A stretch of 64,000 nt of DNA from Lama glama (Eukaryota): contig CM052818.1 of the NCBI GenBank assembly GCA_028534125.1, forward strand, positions 20,524,001-20,588,000, read 5' to 3'. The notes under the pieces are model-generated. The model did no database searches, was not told where the DNA came from, and worked only from the letters and a program-made list of their open reading frames with translations. Each line of letters starts with the position of its first letter. The first letter of the stretch is position 1. Shown in pieces: positions 49,021 to 63,200 of this stretch. Position numbers and translations under genes: made by a program.

Positions 49021-50579
49021 GTTTTTTGGTTTGTTTTTTTTTTAATTGTGGAACACCCTGTCCTTACTTTACCTACAGTCTTCTCCAGAGCCTCCAACGG
49101 AATGAGACCTACAGTTCGGGGCGCCCTGAACTAATGAAAGGGGAAGATGCCAAATTAGGAAATTGGATTCTGACTTTGCAAATCCCAACATAATGCTGAT
49201 TATAGCGTTGATTTGCCAAATTTTCTCCCCTAAATCCCAACTAATCTGATTATCTTTTAAGCTCCCCATAAAAAGTCTTCTCGACCCGTATTCCTTCACA
49301 GCCAGCCCAATTCTTCCTCCTTCTTTGGTTAGGTTCGGCTCCCCTCCCCACCCTCACGCACCCCTCACCCCCACCGTGGGCTGTTTTCCTGCCTGCCTCT
49401 CACCCCACACTGTTCTTCCTCAGGAATCCGCACAAGATCAGCCCCTCTCCTCCACTTTAAAGTCAAGTTTATCCTACACATTTGCACTTGGCCTGCCTTG
49501 CTTTGTTACCTATCTTTTAATATGAACACACCTTATCTCTTCAACTAGACTCTGAGCTCCTTGAGGGCAAGCACGAAACTCTCTTGGCATCAATGAAAAA
49601 ATATTAGAGGGAGAGGAGTACTCTTGAATGAATGCATGTGACAGCCTACAGGTTGGGCTCTTGCAAGGTTCAAAGTCATCACCCTGAAGAGAAAGAAACA
49701 GATAGAGGCGGCCCCAATATCTTTGGTGATGGCATTTTCTATACAGACCAACAGTGTATCTGTGAATTTCCTATCGCAGATCCCTGGGCCCTGCTACTAG
49801 AAATTCAGACTTAACAATTCTGGAATAAGGCTCAAGAATATGTATCTGCCCCAGCTCCTGGAAGATTCTAATGCCAGTGGTTCTGGACCAAACCAAGAAA
49901 GATACCACTTGTGAACAGAGAACAGGATGGGATACTGAACGTCCCTGCATCTAGAAGAACAAGGAAATGGTGTTCCCAACTGGCTTATGGAGCCTAACTT
50001 GAGTTCTAGTTAATTCTACCTCTGTCCCTGGAGGTGGAATTAAACACTAAGAAAACTACTTCAATACAATCAAAGGTGACATGGAGTTAAAAAAAAAAAA
50101 AAGAAGCAGATAAAAGTAGATTCCCAATGAGGGCAAAGCTGAACCCCAGCGAAGGAAACCACATCTCCTGACCTGGGGCCTTGCCCTGTTTCCCCTACGA
50201 CGTTACACAGTGGTGTTTTTCTGTTCCTAGAAGGAAAATCTGTAAGGTAAACTTCAGAATGCAGCCTTGGGTGAATGAGGGTGTATGTGTGCACAAATCC
50301 ATGTAATGATTTAGAAAATGTTTTAAATCAAAAGGCAAACCCTGGGACAGCAAGCAGCAGGATGAGGCTGAGGAAATAGGCATTCTTAGCACAACTAATG
50401 AAAACCCTGAGTATTTGTCCTCTGCAACCAGGGAACAAAGAGGGTTTTGAGATGGCTGTGTGTGAAGGAGGTGGAAGTCATTCCAGCACTTAGAGCTTCG
50501 ATTGAAAATAAACAAACAGCCCAAGCCTGCCGGAGGACCCACGCTGCCCAGCCCCAGCCGGGGAACACACGCTGGCCTC

Positions 50580-50900
50580 TGGGGCCAGCACACGGCTATT
50601 TATATTTGTAATCCAATTTGGATGGGGAAGGCGCATGAAAATAAATTGATTATCTTGAAACTGTAAGAGCAAAATTCGCTGGGACAAAAAGTAATGAAAT
50701 AATAAAGAGGAAGGACCTGAATAGGTCAACTGAGGGGATGTTTCTTATGAACTGTGTCCGACCCAGTCTGCTATCTGGATTCGGACGTGAAGAAACCATA
50801 GCTAACGACTTGCCAGAAATCATATGCCGACCTGCGGGTGGAGGTTCGCTGAGATTTTCCCCCTTGCTCTGTGTTGTGTGTATGTATATATGTATATATA
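50580..50900. promoter_or_regulatory. Putative enhancer
   Basis: MEF2-like gctatttata, taatcc, aaattgatta, CpG retention. No recognisable repeat. Confidence 0.3.
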
Positions 50901-51139
50901 ATGAATCAAACAAACAAAAAAAACCTCAAGAGGTTATATGACAGAGAGCTGATTATCACAATTCAGTTTTTAACTTGTGAGGAAGAAAAGTGGGTAGTTC
51001 ATTTAAAAAAACAACCATCTTTCCCAAATCTGAGGGTCAAACAAAAGCATACATTATCGTGAAAACACTGGCCTTCTATCTTGTATCCCTCTCATCCCCT
51101 CTTCCCGGAAGGCTGGATTCAACTCTGCCTCTCCACAGT

Positions 51140-51360
51140 TACAAGGGCCACTATTTATTAAACATGTGGTCTATGCCAAGGGCTGGAGATGTGCAGTCTG
51201 GAACAGCCAAGCCAGTCCTGGGATTGGGGTTGTCAGCCCATTTTAGAGAGAAAGAAACCGAGGATTATAACCTAGAGCATGTTATGACATGCTCAAACAC
51301 CACACTGCTATCAAGTCGGGACTTGGAATTTGAACCTAAGTGTGTCTTGAGTTTGTTTCA
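51140..51360 (-). mobile_element. MIR SINE
   Basis: cccattttagagagaaagaaaccgagg...ggaatttgaacctaag. Confidence 0.55.
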
Positions 51361-52809
51361 TGAGCCCACACTGGCCTCTAGGAAAGGACATACAGTCCCC
51401 AGGATTCCTAGTAAGTGGGCAGCTGAGCCTGTGAGTACTTGGGCCAGAGTCAGGAGAAGGATGTGGACAAAAGGACAATAAGAAAAGGCATATTATATGG
51501 CACATTTAAGGAGGAATAACCCCTAATTCACAGGCTACATATATGAAAGATACCCTTTACCTTTACCTTGTGGGTAAATCATAAAAAATGTAAGAATTTT
51601 GACAAAGCTCACAGACATAACCAAAGACTAGGCTCAAACCTCACCTCCATTTATTATCTATTGATTCTGAGAGATGATGTAACCCATCTAGGATTCAGAT
51701 AATTTTTTTTCAAGTGAGGGGATCGGGGAGGGACTAGATCAGGCAGAACCCCGGACCAGGTTCCATCCTGTGGTCCTCTCCAGCAAGGAGGCAGATGAGT
51801 CCAGTTACTAAGAAAAGAATCCCCACCTTCTGGAACCTCAGGCTCCTTGGAACTCAGGGAAGTTGATGATGAGGAACTATTTTAAAATATTTCAGAAGGC
51901 CTAAAGCATCCATTTTAATGAGATAAGACTACACAGAAAATTCAGTTATCAGGTTTAGTTGCTTTAATGTCACATCAGCATGGAAGCCCTGTATTAACTG
52001 TTGGTGATGAGCTGCTCCGAGCTCTTTGATGAACAGACAATAGCAAAGTGTCTTTAAGAAATGCAATTTATTTCCACGGTGGGGGGGAGGGGAAGCTAGC
52101 CAAAGTATTGGAAAGCTGGGAGCAATCATTCAAGAAATGTGTGGCTAAAGATGGGTTTCTGGGGATGAGGTGGGAAGGAGACTTGAGGGAGAGTCATTTA
52201 ATTTCTAAATTAAGGGAGTCTTCTGCAGGAGTTTGTGATAAGATGTGCCAAACATTTCAAGAGCCCAGGCAATGTCTGCAAACACCGCTGAGAATTTTCC
52301 TAGCTCTGAACTCAGACAGTTAAGCCATCCTCAGTATCCCAGCAGTGTGAACTGGATGAACTGGTGAAAGAAAAGGGTTTCTATGGTGGGTATTTTTGTT
52401 TAGTTTTTCAAGTGGAGATCTACCACTTATGGGAAGGGAAGAAAGCCAGGGCAAAACTATGAGAAGAGAAAGCCGAAGGCTTCCAGTTGTTATGAGAGCC
52501 AGTTGCTGGTCAGATGGTGGGATCTGATGGCCCTAGATGCTACCCATGGAAGTGCTGATGAAGTGCAAAACCCCGCCAGCAAATGAGCATCCCAGAAGCC
52601 AACCCTACAGAGGTTTGGGGGCACCCCACCCACCTTGCCTCCCACCTGCACCTACGGAGGCCAAATCAAGGGGCTGATTTTGGGAGGCTGGTGAAGGGTC
52701 CCCTTCTTTCCTAAAGCCACCCCTCTTGCTCTTGGTCACCTCATTCTTCTGCCTAAGAAACTCCAGCCTTTTTGCCAAGAAGTTAGATCTGATCCTGCTC
52801 CAGCCCCCA

Positions 52810-53400
52810 GTATGAACCACCTGTTTATAAGAAATCCAGGGACAGAGGAACAGGTTAAAAGACACCACAGGGACACAATCAGCAAAATCCAGAATGTGAG
52901 AAGCTTTACAGGGCAAATGACTTCGTTTCTTCAACAAATATATGGCAAAAACCCAAAAATGGGGAAAGGAGAGAGTAGAAATCTATCTATGAAAAGAGAT
53001 TTAAAAAGTGTTAATTGAATGCAATATATGGACCTTATTTGAATGATTCAAATACATCAGCTGCTAAAAAAAAAGTTTATAAGACAATTGGGAAAATTTG
53101 AGCAGTACTAGATATTTGATGATATGAAGGAATTCATGTTAAATGTGATGGCGGCATTTTGGTTATACTTTTTAAAATGTTCTTATCTTTTGAGATAGAT
53201 ACAGACATATTTATAGATGAAACATATACTGTCTGGAACATTCTTTAAAATATTCCAGTTGGGGGAACCTATGGAGAGGGGTAGGGGTAAAACAAGATTG
53301 GCCATATTTTGACAAATAGTGAAGCTGGCAGAGTAGATCTATCATATTGTTTTATTTTTATATATGTTTAAAATCATCCATAGTAAAGATTTTTTAAAAA
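52810..53400 (+). mobile_element. L1MC-type 3' UTR
   Basis: cagggacagaggaacaggttaaaagacaccac...caatcagcaaaatccagaatgtg...atttgatgatatgaaggaatt...tcttatcttttgagata. Confidence 0.75.
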
Positions 53401-55339
53401 GCTAAAAGATGATCATAATACAGAGATTTTTTATGATAAGGAAATTTTTAATTTGCAGTTAAAATAATCCTATTTAAAATAAATCATACTATGCATGCAT
53501 ATATTAATTTATGTATATATGAATGAGCATATTTATCTATTTAAGTTTATGGACATTGGAAATCTTCTGGAATCATATACGTCAATTTTTTAACTATTAC
53601 TTCTGTTTTCAGAGGGAAGATGGAACTGGAGGGAAGTATTCATTTTTTAAGTTTTATGTACTTCTGCATTGTTTTCTATTTCTTCCATCAAGTGTGTCTT
53701 GCTCCTCAATTTACAAACACAGCAGGAGAGTAGACATAGTGATTCCTTGAAGTCTCAGCCTAGCTCTCATGTGCTCTGTACCTGGACCTCCACTCAGGAC
53801 ACGAGGCTTGGCTCTAGGCTGCCAGCCGTTCCTTTCCTACAGACATCCTCACTCCTGTTCTGCTCCTGTGCCCTCATTCACCAAACGCTCTCCTCCCGTA
53901 CAGGCTTCCAAATCCCAGCTCCAGACCCACCTCCTCTACCCAGACAGTCCTGCTAAACCACCTCAAGGCACAGGGGTCTCTGCCTCTGCAAGATGGTCAG
54001 GACCTGACAACACTTTGCCACTGTGTCTGGATAGGACACTTTTAGAGGAAGACAGTCCACATATCACCTACTGCATGGTTGGCCACATGTTAGATGCTCA
54101 ATGAAGTTCCAAGATACTTAACCTTTCTGTGACTTGATTTCCCTGTTTGCAAGCGGGGATATAGGAGCCTACCTCGTTGGACTGCTGGAAGGATTAGTCA
54201 TAGGAAAGTACATCGAGCTCCCTGCACCTGTTTCAAAGACTGTCTGGAGTACAGAAAACACCCTCCTAAGACTTGCAACTGCAAGTTTTAAGACAATGGG
54301 AAGGGGACCCGAATATCCACTTGGATCCCAACACTGGGAAGAACAGCATACTCAGAATTGCTCATTAGTTTACATTTGAATAATAGCAGTAATGTCCTGG
54401 GTCAGGAGGAGCTCTGAAGGTCACACTCTGAACTCCCACTAGGTGGCAGTAGTGTTTTCTTGACATTATGCAAATAGGAGGGCCATCAGAAGGGTAAAAC
54501 ATTCTTCTGAGACGGGTACAGAGGAGAAGACATTTCTCTGTTACTTTCTCCATATTACTGAAATGGAGATTAGCAAGAGAAAATACACCGACTTAGAAGA
54601 GCATCCAGCAGTACCAGCGATGAGATTGCATCAAGGATCCCTCGGTCTCTCTGTAGGGGTGGGCAGGAATGTTGGGGATGAAGGGGCAGGGGGAGGGAGG
54701 AGGGCCACTGGAGGGGATGCTGAGCAGAACTGGAGGTACCATCACAAAGAGGGAACTCCAGCCAGGAGTGAGAACTTGCTAGAAGTCCAAACCATGACTC
54801 AACCTTCCTCATCTGAAGAGGAACATGAATGAAGCCAATGGCAACGAGTCCCCCTGTCAGGGACTCCTGAGAGCACAGACTCTGTGGACCTAAGCAGCCA
54901 GGCATGTCCTCCTGGGAGGTCAGTCTCTAGAGAAACAGAGGTGGAAGAGAAAAGCCTCTTGGTTTTTCCTTCTTCATGTCCCACTGCCCAGAGCCTCACA
55001 CCGGCTCCCCTCTGCCTCAAGACCAAGTCTGAACTCCTCTGCCAGGTGACAATCATCAGCCACTGACCTGACCTCCACCTACCAGCCAGTGGACTTCAGA
55101 GAACATTTTATCACCCACCCTCACTCTGCCTCAATATTGCCAGTGAAGGAAATGGAGCCCAAGTGGTAAATTGACAGGCTGCTCCCAAAGCCGACCCTCC
55201 CCTCAGCCAGGTTTGCTCATCCGTGTTGTACTGAAGCCATCTTTTCTCTCCCAAAAGACTGTAGCCCCATGAGGGCAGGGAAAATGTCATAGATTAGCAG
55301 AAATACTACAAACTGAGGTTCTGGTAGGAGGAAGTGCCG

Positions 55340-55730
55340 GGCAGTCATTAGAAATGAGGGGGTCTCTGCAGTCAGAATGGGTTCAGATCCTGACTCTCTC
55401 CTGAGCTGTGTGTCCTTGAGGGGGTACCTAACCTCTCTGGGCATCAGTTTCCTCATCTGTAAACAAGAAATCATGATATCCCTGACTTGGTGCATTGTTA
55501 CTGAAGATTAAATGTCAAGCATGGAAAGCACTGGAACTGTATCTGGCACATAACAGGAGCATAAGTGGCATTCCAGCCCCAGCTCTGCTGCTCATCACCC
55601 GAGGGGCCTGGGCAAGTCACGTTATCTCTGGGGCTTCATTTTCTTCGTTGGCAAAACGAAGGGAGGGTAAGGGTGGGAGAAGGTGGGTTATGTAATGTTC
55701 TCTGAACTCCACTGTGGCTCAGAAATTCTG
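55340..55730 (+). mobile_element. MIR SINE(s)
   Basis: gggttcagatcctgactc...taacctctctgggcatcagtttcctcatctgtaaa...gattaaatg; a second core at about 55600-55650. Confidence 0.8.
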
Positions 55731-55839
55731 TGCTTGCCTGGAACACTTATCTCACACTCCCTTCAGGACCTGGCCAGTGCATAGGCATGAGGGGACAGGA
55801 ATTCAGGTACTGACTCCGCGTACTTCAAACTAGCCCTCT

Positions 55840-56060
55840 AGCAAGACGCAGCTCAAACATTACCTTCTGATGGAAATTTTCCCTGACAATCCCACTCCCA
55901 CCCGTCCCCTTCGACTGGGTTAGGTCCCACTGTTTGATGCTTTCGCAACACCATATCCTTTGCTTTGTAATACGCACCCCCAAACGTCTAATCGTCACCT
56001 GGAGTATTAGCTGGGAGTTGCAATCCTCATATTGCACATGAGCAAACTGAGACTCTGGGG
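55840..56060 (+). mobile_element. L2 fragment
   Basis: cagctcaaacattaccttct...ttccctgac...gactgggttaggtccc. Confidence 0.55.
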
Positions 56061-56879
56061 GCCTTTGCTATTCCTCCAAGACCCCCCAAGGCCAGGAAGT
56101 GGCAAGACAAAACTCAAAGCCAGTCTGTTTGACCACAGAACCTGCAGGATCCTTTTTCTATACCCCCATGTCGCTTATCATTTAATACTTGATCTCTATA
56201 AAAGGCTATTTCTAGGTGTGAGTTATGAAGAAGAAACCTCGCGAACCTAATATTCACTCTACACACGGGGATGGCAGCTTGCAGCTGCCCTCGTGCGTCT
56301 CTCCAGTCCCACTCCCCTGCTCCCCCACCCCGAGAAGGCAGCACCCTAAATTGGTGTTTGGTATTCTCTTATTTTCTCTTCTTAACTTTGGACTGAAGTG
56401 GAATATATTTACAGAAGAGTGGCGGCACCTGTGTGACCAGTGCCCTGCTCAAGAAACAGAGTGATTCTACAGCACCGAGGCCGCCGGTGCCCCCTCAGCT
56501 CACAAGACCTGCGCTCCTCACCCTAGGCCGTGCTGCTCCTCGGGGCTCCTTATACAATGAAATAATAACATGAAATTGTAATTCCTAATTTCAACATTTT
56601 AATTTTGAATACATTGTTGACAAAATGAAAGATCTCATATTAAGGCTGGGGTCTTTCTCATAGACAAGATAATCAACCAGCAGAAAGAGCTGGCATTCTG
56701 GGCTCTTGGGAGGAGTTGGCTTGGAGGGTTCTAGTCCAGAAAAGAACCAGAATCAGTCATCTATGAAAAAAGGCCAGTGGAGATGTTCAGCCGCATGAGG
56801 CTGGCCTCCTCCCGCAGTTTTCTCCAAGGCACTGGAACCACACTTGGGGTTCTTTAAACAAAATCAGAGTTTCATGGCG

Positions 56880-57010
56880 GGGGAGAATGAGGAACAATGG
56901 ACGGAGGAGCATCATTAAGGCCTCATGTGTGGTTTTGATTAGCTCATCGGAATTAAGAGTTCTCACAGGCGGGGCTTGAGTCAAAGCAAATAAGTTTGCA
57001 AGCAGACCAC
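56880..57010. promoter_or_regulatory. Putative enhancer (SOX/RUNX/AP-1/FOX cluster)
   Basis: aacaatgg 56893-56900, tgtggtt 56928-56934, tgagtca 56977-56983, gcaaata 56986-56992. Confidence 0.35.
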
Positions 57011-58399
57011 CTACTGGAAAATACCAAGCTCAGGGCTGGAGTTAAGATTCAAGTCCCCTGAGGAAAATCCAGACAAATTATGTGGCTGAGAATCTAGGCT
57101 TGGTCAGTTTATTAGGATACCCAGAGAAAAGTCGCCCTTCGTCCTCGAATCTGCAGGTTCCTGGTTATTCATTCTCCTCTGCGGACAATGGCATTTTCTG
57201 TCCCTCTCAAGTCGGTCGGCATTTATGGAGGGAGTAGCTTGGGTCCCTTGGTACCTGAGAGCAGGCAAGGATGAAATGCCCTTAAATTACCATACAAAGC
57301 CTAAGTGAAGCCTTCCTGTCTCTATGGAAATTTCCAAAGCCCTCCCTGAATTGGAACCCAATGTTCTAAAAGGTGTGCTCAATGGTCCTAATTATTGCCC
57401 TCTTAGTATACAACGGGAGGTTTTTTTCCTGGCCATTCTGGGCAAAATGGATATCTACATCCAATGACCGTGAGCTACTATAACCCAAGGCCTAGCCTGG
57501 GGTATCCTGGCCCTTCATGTTCAAAGATGATGCAGTCTCTATCACAAAAACCTACAGTTACATGTGTGCCCCACTGCGTGGGGACTGACTCTCTGTTGGC
57601 CATATTTCCATACTTCCCTCTTTTCATTGGTAAGAACACAGTAGAGTCACAGGTTATACAGTGTTTTTCGCTTCCAAACCCATTGAAGAAGCTCCCACAG
57701 CACACAGCTCATGGATTACATTTATGTTTCTGATTTATAATGTTTGTTATTTTATATAGTACACATGTCTCATCTCTTCAAGTGAGAGGCATGAAATGAC
57801 CTCTCACTGTACCTTCCTCAGCCCCCAACATGATCTGGACGGTGAGCCCTAAAATGGACAGGCGTGTGCTCATCCAGGGAGACGTTCAAACCTGTTCCAT
57901 GTTGGTTCTCAGAAGCTCGGAACCCCAGCGTGGAGGGTATGTTGGGGAGGAGCCTGCAAGGGGGACAAGATAAGCGAGTCTGTCTTGATCACACTTCCCT
58001 GCAGGCTCCCTTCGCGGAACCTACAGCTAAGCTTGGCTGGAGAGGGGAGGACCACAGTGGTGCCCGGGACCTAGAAAACAGTAGCCCAGGTGCCCATCAG
58101 TGAGTAGCCAGACTCTGCAATTGCTTTTTTCTGCAACCTCCTCGGCCTATTTTATGTGGCACAGGGCCAAGCACCAGGACCTGATGACTGAGTGTCCCTA
58201 TGGATGCAGTCCTGGCCGCCCAAGACCTCCCAGGAAAGGAAGAGCAAGGCAGAGGCCAGCACACAGGATACTGGGGGAGGGAGCAGGAGCCAGACAGATG
58301 GGCTCAGCATCAAGTCTGGCTCTCCGCGCAGCTGGCAGGAACGTGAGGGCCAAACAGCTAGGCTGTCAGTGCTGTTTTTTCCAGGGAGGAGTAGGAAAG

Positions 58400-58570
58400 A
58401 GGCTCTGAGGCCAGACAGACCTGAGGTTAAACCCAGCTCCATCTCCAAGTAGCTGGGGTCATGGGCACATCATTTATCTTCCTTGAGTGTCACCTTCCTC
58501 CCAGGAAAGGTGTGCAGGCGTGTGAGGTAATAAACTCATCGTACCTGGCTCACAGTACACGTGGGTGCTC
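58400..58570 (+). mobile_element. MIR SINE
   Basis: ccagacagacctgaggttaaacccagctcc...cctggctcacagta. Confidence 0.6.
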
Positions 58571-58699
58571 TTCTGCTTCCTCTGCCCGTGTCAAGTTTTG
58601 GTTTATCTCAAAAAAATCTAATTGTTTTCTTCTGACACAAAATGCTTGGGGGGAGTCCTTGTCTTGGGAGTAAAACTCCACGTTTTAGCCCTGAGTCCC

Positions 58700-59375
58700 T
58701 CATTAACTTCATTTATTCATCTGATATGTCCACTGTGTGCGGGGCAGTGGTCTGGATGCTTGGGGTATCAGTGAACAAAAGAGGGAGAGAGATCGCTATC
58801 CTTGGAGAGTCTTCATGCTAACAGTAAAGAAAGTAAGATATCTGAGAATGTGATAAGTACTCTGGGCAAAAGAAGAGGCAGAGCAGGGAAAGGAGGATCA
58901 GGATGGGGAAGAGGGTGGCAGTTTTATATAGGGTGGTTTTATTCAGGGCTGCCTCATTGCAGGGTCATTGGAGCAAAGACTTGAAGGGACAGGTTCCAAT
59001 ATCAGAAGTGATTCAGGCAGAGAGAATGGCCGGTGCAGACAGGAAAGTGCCTGGTACATTCTAGGAACAGCACAAAGGCCAGTGGAATGAGATGGGAGAG
59101 AAAAATACAAAATGAAATCAGAGAGGTGGGAGTTAGGGAACAGACTATGCAAGGTCTTGTAGGCTGTTAGAAGGATTTTGGTTTTCACCCCTGATGAAAA
59201 CCCATCGTGGGACTCCAAGCACACAATAACACAATCTGAAGACCATGTTGGCTGTAGCGGTGAGGAGAGGGCAGGGGTGGAAGCAGTGACTGCAATGATC
59301 CTGGGGTGAGATGGGGGAGGCTCAGAACATGGTGGTGGAGATGCAAACGGGGATCAAACAGATTCTGAATTCATT
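58700..59375 (-). mobile_element. L2 LINE fragment (3' end)
   Basis: ttcatttattcatc...gatgcttggggtatcagtgaacaaaa...gagcaaagacttgaagg...aggattttggttttcacc. Confidence 0.8.
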
Positions 59376-59511
59376 TCCTTTTTTGACCTTCAATTTCCCA
59401 ATCTGTAACAGTCTCAGCACCCCCTTTTCCATATTCCATGGAGGTATAAAAATAAGTGGAAAACAACAACTATATGGAAATGTTTAGGGCATCTTAGATT
59501 TAAAGTGCCCC

Positions 59512-60222
59512 TGGAATCTGGTGCAGCCATTATAGAAAACAGTATGGAGATTCCTTAAAAAACTGAAAATAGATTTATCCTATGATCCAGGAATCCCACT
59601 CCCAGGCATATATCCAGAGGAAACTCTAATTAGAAAAGATACCTGCACCACAGTGTTCATAGCAGCATTATTTACAATAGCCAAGACATGGAAGCAACTT
59701 AAATGTCCATCAACAGATAAATGGATAAAGAAGTTATGATATATTTACATGATGGAATACTACTCGGCCATAAAAAAGAATAAAATAATGCCATTTGCAG
59801 CAACACAGATGGACCTGGAGATCGTCATTTTAGGTGAAGTAAGCCAGAAAGAGAAATAAAAATACGATATGATATCACTTATATGTGGAATCAAAAAAAA
59901 GGGGACACAAATGATTCTATTTACAAAACAGAAACAGACTCATAGACATAGAAAACAAACTTATGGTTACCAGAGGGGAAAGAGGGTAGGGAGGGATAAA
60001 TTAGGAGTTCAGGATTTGCCAATACTAACTACTATACATAAAATAGATAAACAACAAGTATAGCACAGGGAACTATATTCAATACCTTGTAATAGCCTAT
60101 CATGAAAAAGAATATGAAAAGGAATATATATATGTATAAATGAATCACTATACTGTACACCAGAAATTAACACAACATTGTAAAGAGACTCAATTCAATT
60201 AAAAAATTAGAAATAAATAAAA
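59512..60222 (+). mobile_element. 5'-truncated LINE-1 (decayed ORF2 C-terminus + 3' UTR)
   Basis: Typical L1 ORF2-end sequence (gaaaacagtatggagattcc...tatgatccag...atggaatactactcggccataaaaaagaa) followed by the same 3' UTR as at 17405 and 43714. TSD taaagtgcccc / taaaatgcccc. Confidence 0.92.
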
Positions 60223-63200
60223 TAAAATGCCCCAAGAAACTCATGATGGTATGAATAAATTCTTGCTGGTAGGGGGAATTTCATGAGCCTCAGAGGTACT
60301 ACATGAAGCCTGAGAATGAGGATGGGGGGTCCTCAGGGAGTCCATCTTTCCACGTACCTGCCCTCACATACACACGTGTGCACACAGAGTAGGAAGACAC
60401 AACCCCTGGAGCGAGGCAAACCTGTCAGGGGCCTGCTCGAGATGCTTTTTAGCCATGTGACCATGACTGACTTTCTCAAAGTCCATGAGGCTTAGTTCCT
60501 CGTGAGCAAACAGGCTCAACCACAGACAAATGAGGTTTGGGGGACACTGGCAAGAACAAATGTGGGTAAAGTGCCTGGCACACAGTATAGTCTCAGTAAA
60601 CCTTAGTTCCTTCCCTACTGCTAATCCCCCTTGGGAACCAACCCCACCGTGGCCGGAGACGGCCGTGGATTGTGCAGAATGCACATGAACCCACTTGTGA
60701 AACACTGAGAAGTGTCTGCACTGCTATTGTTGGTTTACTATCCTGTTTACCATTAATAAAAACAACTTCCTCCACCACACTGGGAACAGGTCACTGTGCT
60801 TCCTCGGGTCAGCGTGATACCCTGGACCTGGAGACGGCCTCAGGAATGGGAGGAGCAGGGCTGGCGCTCAGAGGCGCATGGGAAAGGGTGCGCTGGCTCC
60901 CGGCGTGGGGTGGCGGGGGCAGGCTGGGCAGGCCCCTCCAGGAGGGAGTCAGAGTCCGCGTGACCAGGCCTCCCGGCTTGAATTATTTGTCAGGAGGCAG
61001 AGATGGAGGGAGGGAAGATGGTCCCAGAGGCCAAGGCCTGTCTGTCTCTCAGGGCCTGTGGCTTCAGAACACCACCTCAGGAGAGCGCCACCCCTCTCCT
61101 CGCCCTGCTCTGTAGGGTCACAAAATAATCCATGCAGGTCTCCTAACATTCGGCCCTCCCTGAGGCAGATACCACACTGGGGGCGAAGGGAGCACAGAGG
61201 GCTATGACACAATGGAAAGCAGACAGCAGAGATGGGGAGGAAAGGGATTCAGTGAAAACAAAGAAAACGTGGCACTCAGTCTCTGAAGCTGCACTGAGGC
61301 TGCCTTCGCACGTTCTACTGCGATTCCTCTGGGTCCTGTGTTCATAACTCAGTATTGAGGAAGGCTTTCCCCAGCGGCAGGCTGGAAGGTCCAGGTGGCA
61401 GAATGAGCCACCCTGCCAGGCCAGTGTCAAATCACCATCCCAGAGCTTGAGATGCAGCTGCTGAGAGAGGGGTGGCTTGTAAGCTGTGAGCCTAACCACA
61501 GGGGTGGTCACCCCAACGCACCCCAGCCCGGGCCGGCCCTGGAGTGCACTGGCTCACACATCCCTGGCTTTCTCCAGCCCCCTGCTCCTCCAAGAGAGGC
61601 CCCACCAACTAAGGCAGCCCAGGAGGGTCCCCCAGAGGAGCAGCAGCAGCAGGAGGGGAGGCTGGGGGCCCAGCAGGGAGTTTCTATTTCCAACCTGCTG
61701 TGGCAGCTGCAGGGTGACAGCCGCAGACAGCTCTGACTTGTGAGCAGCGCACGCAGCGGGGATGGTGTTAAGGATCCAGCCCGCAACGGTGGGGAGCCTC
61801 AGGCATTAAGCACCAGTGCATCTTCTCCGGGGATTGGCGGCTCTGGGTATAACAGCCCCAAGATACAAGTGCTCCCAGCAGGGCGGGTGTGCTCTGGGTG
61901 GCCAGGGGAGAAAGAACGGAGAAATTGGCCCTCAGCTGCTGTGGGGCAAACAGGGGCTCAGCAACTTGGGTCTCCTCCGGTCACTTTGGAAGCATCACCA
62001 TTTCCAAAGCTAATGCTTTTGCCCCCTTGGGGACATCCCTTCCCTAAAATTCTAAAATGATGGCACCCAGAGGGGCCTGAACAGTCAATGCATTCAAGTC
62101 CTCATCTTCCAGGTGAGAAAAGACGGGTCTGGGATAATAACTGGGGAGGCAGTGTGCCCTAGTCGTCAGGGCAACATCTCAGGAGTCAGGAAGAGAGGGC
62201 TTGAATCCCAACTCTGACGCCCAGTGCCCATGAGTTCCATAACTTCCATTTCTTCATCTGCAGGAGGAGGGCAAGGACAGCCCCCTCTTCACACAGCCAC
62301 TGGGAAGATCAGGCGAGTTGTGTCTGTAATGTTCTACCCAGTCTGGGCACAGTGAGTGGTGACCACTGCCCCGTGTACTGTCGTCCTCTTCACCCAAGCC
62401 ACACAGCTGGCCAGGAGCAAGCCTGGACCTGGTCTCCTCTGCCCGCCACCCCCACCTGGCCCCACCTTCCCGCAGCCTGAGCGCCCTTTTCCTGGGGTGA
62501 ACCTGGGGGCAGTGACAGCCTCTCTGGCTGGCTCATACAACAAAGGGCAGCGTTGAAGGGCTGGGAGTCACAGGAGCTAAGATAGTTTCTTGGACCATAG
62601 CCTGGAAAGAAAACCCCTCCCAGGGGCCATGCAGCCAGTGCCTGAGGAAGCCAAAGGGGAAGGGACAGACGAGCCAGGAGGAGACCACTGGGCAGGGCTC
62701 TTGCCTTCCTGGGAATGACAAAGCCCCCTGCTCTCATAAGGCCTTTACATCCAGCCCAGACATCTCACCGGCCACGTGCCATCACCACCCCCATTCAAGC
62801 AAGCTGGATTCTGAACACTTGGCAAACAGGCCACTCAACAGGAGGTCACAGGCGCAGAGCACCGGCTCGGGTGTGGCGGCAGCACTGCCCACTTCATGTT
62901 TCCCCAGGGCCTTTCCCCCTGAGGATAGGAGGAGCCACGTTCTGCAGTTTAAGCTCCTCTTCCCTGAGACGCCCTGCCTGACTGCCTTCCCTGCTCAGAG
63001 TCTGTTCCTCAGAACCCATGACTGGGTCCTGAATGGTGCCAGGCACACAGCAGAGGCTCAATCCACGATTCTTAATCAACGACCTTTTGCTATGTTACTT
63101 AGCTCCTCCAAGCATGTTGGTCCGGCACAGGCTGCATGCTTACTAAGGGAAGAACCAGTCTCTCCTCAGTCTCAAGTGTCCCTGGAGGGCCCAGGGCCAG

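Noticed and set aside
59512..60222. Active L1 or intact ORF2
   Set aside because: Only about 0.7 kb of the 3' end is present, with in-frame stops.
60780..62000. CpG-island promoter
   Set aside because: GC-rich, but CpGs are scattered and I see no first-exon structure.
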